Position numbers and translations under genes: made by a program. The notes under the pieces are model-generated. The model had not been told where the DNA came from and made no database searches. It saw only the letters and a program-made list of their open reading frames with translations. A stretch of 62,937 nt of DNA, counting the filler, from Reticulomyxa filosa (Eukaryota > Protista > Foraminifera): the NCBI GenBank assembly GCA_000512085.1. It is 17 parts of 17 records of this genome, joined end to end, with 100 filler letters (N's around TTAATTAATTAA, not from the genome) between each part and the next. Parts side by side here need not be neighbours in the genome. Positions count along the whole stretch, not along the records: positions 52,477 to 58,678 come from ASPP01026093.1; positions 58,779 to 59,778 come from ASPP01045872.1; positions 59,879 to 61,286 come from ASPP01014149.1; positions 61,387 to 62,937 come from ASPP01026554.1; 13 more parts are not named here. One strand, given 5' to 3'. Shown in pieces: positions 53,254-62,937 of this stretch. How positions within the stretch are numbered: position 1 is the stretch's first letter; every line of letters begins with the position of its first letter.

Positions 53254-55139
53254 TATCAATCCTTTTCGGAATGGATTAGTATAAGCAAATAGTCGTATTG
53301 CGCTTCTAAGCGTTGTATCCGTCCAAGATATGTACACAGCCATGGGGAACAATCGCAAAACTTCGAATTACTCGTTTTGTTCACTATATTTTTTTGAAAA
53401 AAAAAATTAATAAGAATAATGAAAAAATATCTCAACTATGGGCTGAATTGTCACGTCGACAACAATTCGATTAATTTTGTATTTATGCACTGTGCAAAAC
53501 TCGGGTGAAATCTTGCACGGTCAATTCATTGATACTTTTTTTATCTGCGGCCTTGGAAATAGTTTGAATGCTAAGGCCCTCCAACTCAAACATAACTGAT
53601 GCACTGATGTATCGGAAGTCTGTTTGTTCATGTGTTTGCACATTAATTCTGGTGCTCTGATAGCTCCAACTATTGCAACTGCACCACAAACAAAGAAAAA
53701 AATTTATTGAAAAAAACTAACAAAGTAAATGCTAATGTTAGTGTATTTACTAAAACACCTGTAAATAATGGAAGAATAAAAAATACAATTTCGATAACAA
53801 TATACAGTGTATGCATTATGCTGATTGCATCTTCTTCCCGAACGTGAGTATCTGTAGCACTCTTGTCGGACATTGATTGTATTTCGTGGAATTCTTGAAT
53901 TTTTTACTCCATAATCACACTTGCACTCTGCATGTTGTTGCAAACTTACTCGCCTTTTTTTCATTATCATTCCTTTTTTCTTTATATGCATGCCGTTGAC
54001 GATGCGCTCGCCCTCTTTTTGTCCATAATCAAGATGATAGTTTTAAAATGCTTGTCGATTTTATTGCTTAGGCAAATATTGTTCTTTTATTTTATTGATC
54101 TCAAATTTTATGCCTCTTCGTCCATTCACAATTTTTTTTTACATAGTTTATGTTCGTTTGAATATCTTGTATTTAAAAAAAAAGAATTATTTGCACGAAA
54201 TTACATGTTGTGTAAAAGCCATAATTAACAAAACATCAAAACATTATATTATGTAGTTATTCTTTCATGCAAAAGATGTTATAAAGTATTATGTAAAAAT
54301 TTTAAAAGAAGTGTTGTTCATGTAAAATTCAAATGGCATATGTAAAATCTTTTTATGTGCACTACCCATTATGATAAGTATGAAAACAGAATAATTATAT
54401 GAATATGATGCCCTTGAATTGGGCAACAATTAATTCTGTTTTGAAATTGTATTTATATGTCCGATTTCAATAACCTGAATCACACTTTTTATAATATTTC
54501 TTTATTTTTTTCAAATAATAAAATGTATCTTATTTGTTAATGAAATTTAGACAAAAAATTATTAAAAATTTCTTTCGTTGTATTAGTTTTTGTTGTAATA
54601 ATGATTGTCTTTTTTGTTACTCAGATTAACAGATAAAATCTAGAATCGGTTTTACAGTTGTTTTTTTCTTTTTACAACTGTAAGAATTCCACTATAATTG
54701 AAAACTTAAGATTGTTCAAATTCAAATCTCCCAAGAGAAATTTGAACAAAAAAAAAACAATGATTCAAATTGAAAATTGTTCATCTTACTCGTAAAGATT
54801 GTCTACAATTATATTAATATATTCCAATAAAATTTTCATCACTTCAAAAATCAAATAAGGAGTGGTAATTTGTTCAGTTCTTTCATTAGTAACAGCCAGG
54901 CAATCTATCAATAGCTTAAATAGTTTCTAGAGATTTTTCAAGCTGGTTGCTACAAGAACAATAAGAATTGGCCTTAAGAAGTGCTGAACGAATTTCAATA
55001 GCGATTCTCAGTAGAAACTTGGTTTTTTTATCATTTTTGAAATTGAATTCAAGTCAAACCAAAATGATTTATTTTAGAAAATAGCACAAGTGAAAAGTAG
55101 CATCTCAGTTAAATTCAAGTATTACTGCCGAGTGTTCCT

Positions 55140-56990
55140 TTATTTGACATTTTTCACAACATCGTCCATAGCTCTGGCCAAATATTCTACATTTTTGGTT
55201 GTAACACCAGCCATTGAAATGCGGCCATTTTTTAGCATGTAAATGTGATGTTTCGATATCATCACGTCCACTTGCGATGCTATTTGATTTTGTTTGAGGA
55301 AAAAAAATGTTTAGATTTTCTGTGATGACATACCAGTATTAAAAAAAAAGGAAGATGTATTGATTTTAATACCAGTTAGGCCAGTGAAAGAGAACATTCC
55401 AATCTGGTCAGTAATGTGGTTCCAAGTTCCAGGAGTCTTCAACGCTTCCAAATGTTGTCGCAGCAATTGACGCATTTTGATAATTCGACCACTCATGTAT
55501 GTCATTTCCTCTTTCCACAATTTGAAATTTTCAGGACTGGAAATAACACGTTTGACAATTTCCGCTCCATATCTTGGAGGGTTGGAATACATTGGTCGAA
55601 TGACAGCTTCCAACTGACTTTGGCAGGCACTCACCAATTTTGGATCTTGACTGACTACCGTTGCACAGCCAGCTCTTTCGCTGTATAAACCCATATTCTT
55701 TGCAAATGATTGAGAAACGACAAAGTCGAATCCTTCTTTTTCGAACAATCGAATTGCCGCCTTACATAAAAACAACCCCCCCCCCCGCGCACACATACGC
55801 ATTTGAAGAATATTTTTGCTTTTCCCTTTGGCTTTTCTTTCCAAAAAAAAAAACACTAAGAACTGCATCACGGTCTAAATCTCCAGTGGCAAAGCCTTGA
55901 TATGCAGTATCAAAAAATGGGATAAGTTTATTTTTTTTTAATAGACTTGCAATTTGTTTCCACTGATCCAAAGTTGGGTCAACTCCCGTTGGATTATGAG
56001 CGCAGGCGTGCAACAGTACTATATCCCCAGGGCGTGCCTTGCTCAAATCTTCCAACATTCCGTCAATGTCCAAATTTCTTCCTTTTGCATTCCAATATCG
56101 ATACGTGCCCTCTTCAAGGTGGGATTTCAATAGTATTTTTGTATGGTTGCCCCACGTTGGTTTGCTATCGAACACACGTATAATATACAAGTAAATAATG
56201 CACACAACATGTTATCTTTCAAAGTTTTTTTTTTTTATTACTTTAAACAATTTTGTATGTCCAAATCAACACAAAAGGGGAGAAAGTCATAGTTATTTTC
56301 GGGTACTCACCTCAAGTACACCTTACTGTTTGCAAAGTTCACTTTTAGAAATTCGCACAATACACGCAACGCCCCTGTTCCGGATAAAGATTGTGCCCCT
56401 GCGGCCTGTATTGTGTCATTACATCATTTTTTTTTTAAAAAAATATCTTTTCCTTCCGTACACATTTAAAAAACAGAGATTCGAGAATTGTTGTGTTTTT
56501 TTTTTTAATTTACCCTTTTTTCTTTCAACACTGGGGCGTCTTTTCCGAAGATAACGGATTGACAGGCATGCACGTACTGAGGTTCACCACAAATGGGTGC
56601 ATACTCTTTGTCCAGTTTCACGTCGTCCAATATCTCACGTTCTACTTTTCGCACCACCTTGAGAATGTAAGGGTTTCCTTCTTCGGTACGGTACGCACCA
56701 ATGCCCAGGTTCACTTTCGCAGGATTTGGGTCTTTGTTGAACAGTGTTTTGGTCAAAAATATTGCATCTGGAGGGAGCTCTTCCACGTGTGACCATACAC
56801 TTGATTGTTCACAGGACATACATAATTTATTATTTAATCCTTTCAACTGCTGATTTTGTTTTTTAAAAAAATTTAGTGTTTTTTTTTTGGACTGTTAGTA
56901 CCTTGCAGAATTTTGTCGAATTTGAACGCGACAAGCATTTTTGGAAAAGTAGGTTGCAAACGTTGGTCTCACGAGCCTAAGAAAAGACAT
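55140..56990 (-). CDS. GOT1: Aspartate aminotransferase (class I PLP enzyme) with predicted mitochondrial presequence
   Basis: PPDAIF, KVNLGIGAYR, QSLSGTG, PTWGNH, LHACAHNPTG.DP, FFDTAYQGFATG, SQSFAKNMGLY (PLP Lys), MYSNPP, QIGMFSFTGL, GRISMAG. First exon MSFLRLVRPTFATYFSKNACRVQIRQNSA splices to SVWSHV. Confidence 0.93.
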
Positions 56991-57429
56991 TTCTAGGTAA
57001 CAATTTCGAAATCAAAAATTCTAATGCTTGTTGCACCCGTTTTACGAAAAGGGTTAGCGGCTTGTTAAGAACACGCCCTGATCACTCTCGACATTAGTTA
57101 GGAATATCCAACATCTGAAAATGTATTCAATTATAACTCTTTAGCATGTGACCGCCTTTTCTTATTAGTATGTATTATGACCAATCTGCGAAAGCTAATT
57201 TCAAAAAGCAGTCTAATGAAAGTACGATGGTGTTTTACTTTTTTGGAAATAAAAATGAAAGTCCATTTTGTTACGTCTTGGAGGAAATGGTTCAAGACCG
57301 CTTGATGTATAAAATCGGAATTAAAAAAAATGTTTCATATCAATCCAAGTTTGTGACCATACACATCATTCGAAAAAAAATTCGATATTGTCAGTTAAAT
57401 GGTTTGTAATTTATTCTTAGGAAACGATT

Positions 57430-58236
57430 TCATGCAAACAAATAAATTTTCGTAGCGTTGGTGATAGTCCTAAGAGTTCCAGCTTCAATGGTAGTGGTGT
57501 GATATTTGGCTTGTTTGTTTATATTTGACTCTACCTCATATTTTACAACTTCATCTTTAATTATTTTTTGTAAGCGATTATTGGATTCAGGATCGCTTGC
57601 AAATTCGATTAACTGAATGCGAAGTTGCCGAGTTTGACTAACATAGATGTCAGGACTTTTGAATTTTTTGATCATTTCGGCACTCAATTGCAAACAAATA
57701 TTGTTATGACATTGATCAATGCTGACACTTGGCGTGCTTCCAACAACCGAAATTTTTACATTGCCGCAGCTTATTACATTGATTGAAGATATCACAGACA
57801 ACACTAAAATTTCACAGTCATAACAATCTTCAATCACTATATTTTTTACTTTGTTTTGTACGTCAATATCGCAATGATCGCAATAATGAATATGAAGACT
57901 TGACCGAGGATTGTATGTTTGTTGATTATTCAATACAACCGATTTTTGTTGGTTCAGATTTTGAACCATATTTCGATTATTTTTTGTGGTAAACACGTGG
58001 CTCGGATACGCTTGCTTTGGAACCCATAACATGTGCGCTACGGAATCAATCATTTGTGTCGCCCAGTCCGTGGAATGTTCTGACATTAGTTTTTTTGAGT
58101 CTTGCTTGCTTTTCCTCACCCAGTTTTGAATTATTGATAATATTTTTTGTTGGTGAACATGATGCCGAGTGCTATCTAGCATAGGCAACGCGTCACTTTT
58201 TGGTTCAAAAGATGATTGTGATCCTGAAATTATCAT
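57430..58236 (-). CDS. Protein with C-terminal adenylyl-cyclase-associated protein (CAP-C/CARP) beta-helix domain
   Basis: HIHYCDHCDIDVQNKVKNIVIEDCYDCEILVLSVISSINVISCGNVKISVVGSTPSVSIDQCH matches CARP repeats (K...I.ID.C; V..P.ISID). Single 268-aa ORF. Confidence 0.72.
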   Translation of the reverse strand: MIISGSQSSFEPKSDALPMLDSTRHHVHQQKILSIIQNWVRKSKQDSKKLMSEHSTDWATQMIDSVAHMLWVPKQAYPSHVFTTKNNRNMVQNLNQQKSVVLNNQQTYNPRSSLHIHYCDHCDIDVQNKVKNIVIEDCYDCEILVLSVISSINVISCGNVKISVVGSTPSVSIDQCHNNICLQLSAEMIKKFKSPDIYVSQTRQLRIQLIEFASDPESNNRLQKIIKDEVVKYEVESNINKQAKYHTTTIEAGTLRTITNATKIYLFA

Positions 58237-58372
58237 TTTTTTTGACGGCCTTGTACAACTGACCTAAAAAAAAATACAAATTATACAGTACCGTCACATG
58301 ACAGTATATTTGTGTTTATAATTATACATACAAATTTTTTTCATTTTCATAAAAAGAATTTTTTCAAAAATA

Positions 58373-58520
58373 CTGTAGAATGCAAAGTAAAGTTGACACA
58401 TAAAATGGCACATTATAGAGATGATTGATTTTCTACATGAAAAAACAACATTCAGACATAATTTTTTTAAAAAATATCTACAAATCGTGTACTTTTTAAA
58501 TATTATTTTGGTTTTTTATT
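58373..58520. mobile_element. Tc1/mariner-like long TIR, left end
   Basis: TA|ctgtagaatgcaaagtaaagttgacacataaaatggcacattatagagatgattgattttctacatg... is an inverted copy of 53100-53253. Confidence 0.65.
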
Positions 58521-58778
58521 ACATCTTTCATAATTATTTCAATATTTTATACTTTATTTTTCTTTTCTTTTTTTTTTTAGATCAATGTCGTTCGATATTT
58601 GATTTTTTTTTTAAATTGTAAAGGATTGAGAATTTTGAACAAAAGAACGTAATGTTGAGCTGTTGCATCAGTGCTGGANNNNNNNNNNNNNNNNNNNNNN
58701 NNNNNNNNNNNNNNNNNNNNNNTTAATTAATTAANNNNNNNNNNNNNNNNNNNNNNNNNNNNNNNNNNNNNNNNNNNN

Positions 58779-59778
58779 CAAGTGTTAACATTTGTATACC
58801 AAAAGCTCGCCTCGGACACACGTACGTCCAAACACGAAAACTTCTCAGAGCATTTGGTGCAGATGTTGATGAATAAGAAGCTTCCAAGTGACGTGTGTCG
58901 AACACACAACTTATTGGAAATCGTCTTGAACAGCTTAATGCACTTTTTATGCGGGAGCGTGCCCCCTGACCTGGGTCGCAAAGCGGGCAATCGCAATGCC
59001 TTTGACTTCCCAAGTAACGAAGCGGCCTCACGACATAGTTGCAAAGCGAATGTCGCAAGCGTCGTCCAATACAATGTCGCGACTTTGCAAGAGATCACAG
59101 ACATCTCGTACATGCTGAAGCATGCAGATGTAGTGCAACTGATGTTTTCGCAGCGTCCGGACTTGGTGCACAAATGGTGTCAAGTGTTGTGTTTGCTTCA
59201 AAATGTCAATGCAACCCATCGCGAGGTGGGACATCATGTTACCAATAAAGAAGATCTTTGGAACTCGATACTTGCCACAACTTCTATCATCTTCATCAAC
59301 CAGCGCATTGTCAATCATTTATATTGCATCCTGCATAATGACGACGACAATGTAAATCTATCCACTAAACTCAAGTCACGCGTGTCTACTGTGCTCGCAC
59401 ATGCCATTTGGAAAGCGTTAGACATGATCGAATGGAAATCATGGACGTCCATCTTTTCACACTCAGTCATGATCCCATTTCCAACATCAACACCAACACC
59501 AACACCGATATTGTTATCGACTCGACATGACATTGTCGATGTCTACGGAGAGGATCTTTATGCAAGTGATCATGACGACATTGATGGCGGCGGTTCGCTC
59601 ATGAAAACGACGGCGAATATACGCGACACCTTTCCAATGGAGATTAAGGAAGAGAATATCGACACGGAGCGAAAAAACGAAGAAAATGAAAAAAAAAGTG
59701 AACATGCAAATGAAAGTATTGGCATGATGCTATCGCAAACAACGCCCATGGTTGTGTTGCAGACCTTTGAAGAAGAAT
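58779..59778 (+). CDS. Internal fragment of UBR1/PRT6-type N-recognin E3 ubiquitin ligase
   Basis: Open across the contig. DISYMLKH...WCQVLCLLQNVNATHREVGHHV...W resembles the UBR-family LQGMN..xR..G.H(V/I)E..W motif. Confidence 0.55.
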
Positions 59779-60015
59779 NNNNNNNNNNNNNNNNNNNNNN
59801 NNNNNNNNNNNNNNNNNNNNNNTTAATTAATTAANNNNNNNNNNNNNNNNNNNNNNNNNNNNNNNNNNNNNNNNNNNNGTCTCAGCCCGTAGCCTGCTTT
59901 ATTGAAAAGGGCATGGTATTGCCTAGCAGGTCATTCGGGTTGACCCTAATTCTAGCCTAAAATCGATTTCACTTCACGTTTTAGGCAGCTTGTTGCGCCA
60001 CGGTTTTCCCTAATG

Positions 60016-61286
60016 TCAGAGCCGACGGAAAGCTGGCAGCGATGCCAGCAGGCGTTTGCCGTACTGTTGGCGCACGATGCGGTTGTCCAGGATGGTGACA
60101 CGGCCGTAGTCGCTTTCGGTGCGGATCAGGCGGCCCACCGCCTGTACCAGCTTGATCGATGCTTCCGGGACGGTCAGCTCGATAAACGGGTTGCCGCCGC
60201 GTTTTTCGATCCAGCGCGACAGCGTGCGGCCAACCGGGTCGTCCGGCATGGCGAACGGCAGCTTGGCGATGATGACATGCACACAGGCTTCGCCCGGCAG
60301 GTCCAGCCCTTCCGAGAACGAATCCAGGCCAAACAGCACGCTGGGGCGCTCGGCTTTCAGCGCCGCGTAGTGGTTTTCCAGCAGAACCGCCTTGGGCAGC
60401 TCGCCCTGCATCTGTACATACTGGCGCAGCTCGGCCGGAATGCCTTCCGCCACTTCCTGCATCTGTTTGCGGGAGGTAAACAGCACCAGCGTGCCCAGCG
60501 GTTGGGACAGGTCGATCAGCTTGGGCAGCCAGTCGATGATCTCGCGGGTGTGCGCGGCCGGGTCTTTTGGCGTGGCGTGCAGCGGCGGCAGGTACAACTC
60601 GCCCTGTTCGGTAAAGTTGAACGGCGACTCCAGTGCGACGCACTGTACGTCGGGCAGCCATTTCAGACCGGTCTGCGACAGCAGCAGGTCGAAATTGCCC
60701 AGCGAGCGCAGCGTGGCGGAGGTGAGCAGGGCGCCGGAGGCGCGCCGCCACAGGTTGGCCGCCAGGCTGCCGGCAGCGGTAACCGGCGACGCCGAGAAAA
60801 TGTAGTCACCCTTGCCGTCGGCGCGACGGGTGACCCATTTGGCGATTGGCGGCGCGTTTTCGTCCGGCTCGCGCTCGTACAGGTCCCACAGCGCCACCAT
60901 CGGCTCGACTTTGCCGACAAAGAAACCGGTGTCGGCGGCCAGCTTGTCCAGCAACACGGCGTCCTGCTGTTTGTCCTTGCGCAGCGCGCCGATGGCGTCG
61001 CTGATGCCGGTAAGGTTCTTGTACAGCGCCCGTGCCGACAGCGCCATGTTGGCCGCCGGGATCTTCATGTGCTCGGGCAGGATGCCGTCTTCGATCAGCC
61101 AGCTGGGCTCCAGGTTGTCGCTATTGGCTTCCAGCTCGGTCTGGCCTTGCAGCAGCCACAGCCATTCGGTGAGGCTTTCCATGCAGGCGCCGGCGGCGTC
61201 CATCGCGTTGGCGCACAGCTCGGGCTTGTCGATCAGCGTCTGCACCCGGGTGGCCAGCGCCGGCACCTTGTCCAGCCACGCCATGG
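60016..61286 (-). CDS. dinG: Bacterial ATP-dependent DNA helicase DinG, C-terminal half (5' partial)
   Basis: GC-rich and intronless. LTSATL, LESPF, GTLVLFTS, MQGE, LFGLDSFSEGLDLPG, VIIAKLPF..PDDP, LVQAVGRLIRTESDYG, LDNR..YG..LL.SLP motifs. Confidence 0.95.
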
Positions 61287-61386
61287 NNNNNNNNNNNNNN
61301 NNNNNNNNNNNNNNNNNNNNNNNNNNNNNNTTAATTAATTAANNNNNNNNNNNNNNNNNNNNNNNNNNNNNNNNNNNNNNNNNNNN

Positions 61387-62060
61387 TGTTGATCGCGTCG
61401 ATCAAAATCCGACTGGGTATGAATATTCGCAGACAAAAAGCGCACGAAGATATCCTGCAGTCCCAAGTGGCCATGCAATACTTGTTTGTGATTTTGTTTT
61501 TCATCTGAGCGGACAACGAGGTTGCTCCAGTCTTCAAATACATCACTTGTTGTGTTCGAGTTTGCAATACCTCACTTTCTGTGCCAGACGATCCTAAGAC
61601 AAATCCTTTTTGCAATACTTACTCGCGATTTGATTATTATCTATGCCATGCTTGATTCCGATGATCAAAAGATATTGCAATATGCCAAACAGACCTTTAT
61701 TATGCAATCCATTTTGTATCAAACATATATATATATATATAATTATATATGTATAATTATATATTTACATAATTATATGTACATATTTTTAGATCTCATT
61801 ATAATACAACGATTATGGTGGTAACTTTGCGTCATATCGTCAATCGGCATGTCCAGTATGCGCTAATAGAAAATTATCTTAATGCTTCAGCCAAACAGCA
61901 AAACAATGTTTCCGCTTGCAACACGATTAAACTATGTAAATGCTGCGATACTTGTCCTAGGGTGTCAGGATCCAACAGTACCGGACCAAAGCTATCTGGT
62001 ATCCCAACAAACAAATGCAATCTTTCTGAAGGCGATGAGCAAACAATTAGCACGTTCTAA
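61387..62060 (+). CDS. Hypothetical protein, 3' exons (frameshifted, poorly resolved)
   Basis: Coding-like composition, (TA)n intron about 61716-61792, last exon ending at 62060. Confidence 0.3.
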
Positions 62061-62937
62061 CCACTTTTAATTTTGTAAACAAAACAATATATACATATAT
62101 GTATATAATTATTATTCGTACATATATGCGCTATATGTACGAAACGTTGGCGATTCTGTCAATCCTTGATTTTTGTGATGATTAGTGGAATCGAAATCAT
62201 CATGGTGGGAAGAACCCGCTTTCTTCTCGCTGTCGTGATTGGACAAAAGCGAGTCTTGACTGGCGTCAAAGGAAGACAAGCAGTGTGCATGTACGGATTG
62301 TTGTCTTTGACATGACTTCGGTGATAGATTTTCACACGCTTTTCGTGAGAATACAAAACGTATAAAGCTAAGATAAGTGCAATGATTGTACTGCCACTTC
62401 CCGCCGCGCCGGTGTGATGTGGTAGCGATTTAACAATGCGTTGTGGTTACTGTCGACCAAATCTTGAACCACTTGGGCTTGGACTTCGGTCATGTACTAC
62501 AATTTCACGCCGCCTGCTATATTGGGCAAGCTCTTCACAAATGTCAATGTAAATATTGAGTCGAAAGTTTCTCGATTGAACCGATGCCCGGTGAATCTGT
62601 GACGCGACAAATTCTTTTGTCCACCATTATTTTTGTTATTATTGCTATTGCCTGTTGGCTTTCCTCCAGCAATCATCATATTGCTCATTACTTTCATTGT
62701 TGGAGTTATTCACATTCGCAAAGGACATTGATCCATGGAGTTATTATTATTATTATTGTATTACAGTTGTTGCTAAGGGCTCCAATTGAATTAGTATTGC
62801 CACTTGCAGAAAAAGAAGGACCTGACCTAAATAGATTATTGGGAATGGAGGTATCAATCACATGCAAAAATTTTTTATTTTCTATTTTTTTTTGTTATAA
62901 CTATTCTTGAATAATAAAATACGTAGAAAAAAAAAAA

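Noticed and set aside
53483-54060. Small minus-strand gene; also low-complexity frames at 62159-62850
   Set aside because: Fragmented frames with no recognisable domain, so no call can be supported.
57025-57100. GC-richer hairpin upstream of AspAT as tRNA/ncRNA
   Set aside because: No cloverleaf, T-loop GTTC or A/B boxes seen.
53254-58372. Composite transposon carrying the AspAT and CAP-C genes
   Set aside because: The flanking TIR termini face the genes, so the element bodies lie outside. The genes sit between two insertions, not within one.
59981-61342. Long alternative ORFs (441 aa on +, 256 aa on -) overlapping dinG
   Set aside because: Shadow ORFs expected in high-GC coding DNA, with no motifs.
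3044-61386. Regularly recurring TTAATTAATTAA as a biological repeat or CRISPR-like array
   Set aside because: Always centred in exactly 44+44 Ns, so it is an artificial six-frame-stop linker.

Overview
This window is not one locus. It is 17 unrelated contigs joined by identical synthetic 100-bp linkers (N44-TTAATTAATTAA-N44), so adjacency across linkers means nothing. Sixteen contigs are AT-rich eukaryotic DNA with short GT-AG introns full of poly-T/poly-A and (RY)n microsatellites, plus many single-base homopolymer frameshifts. The style suggests a foraminiferan/rhizarian draft genome such as Reticulomyxa filosa (inference, not verified). Recognisable genes: a GRK-type kinase with RGS-homology end and C-terminal CaaX box, two RNF213/mysterin-like fragments, a MYND-finger protein, PP1, ERK7/MAPK15, a 3-finger TGEKP-linked C2H2 factor missed by the ORF track, ITPase, an SLC12A9-like cotransporter, intron-containing HslU, an FN3 type-I membrane protein, G-alpha, importin-4, aspartate aminotransferase, a stand-alone CAP C-terminal-domain protein and a UBR-type E3 fragment. 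There is also a decayed Ty3/gypsy-like gag-protease element, a Tc1/mariner-like TIR family, a WD40 pseudogene and tandem decayed duplications. One GC-rich intronless contig (59879-61286) is bacterial dinG, probably a contaminant or associated bacterium. The best leads are the RNF213-like giant ATPase family in a protist, the prenylated GRK, and recurrent T-run/A-run-AG splice acceptors lacking a proximal polypyrimidine tract. I found no single-locus novel system that the sequence can support.
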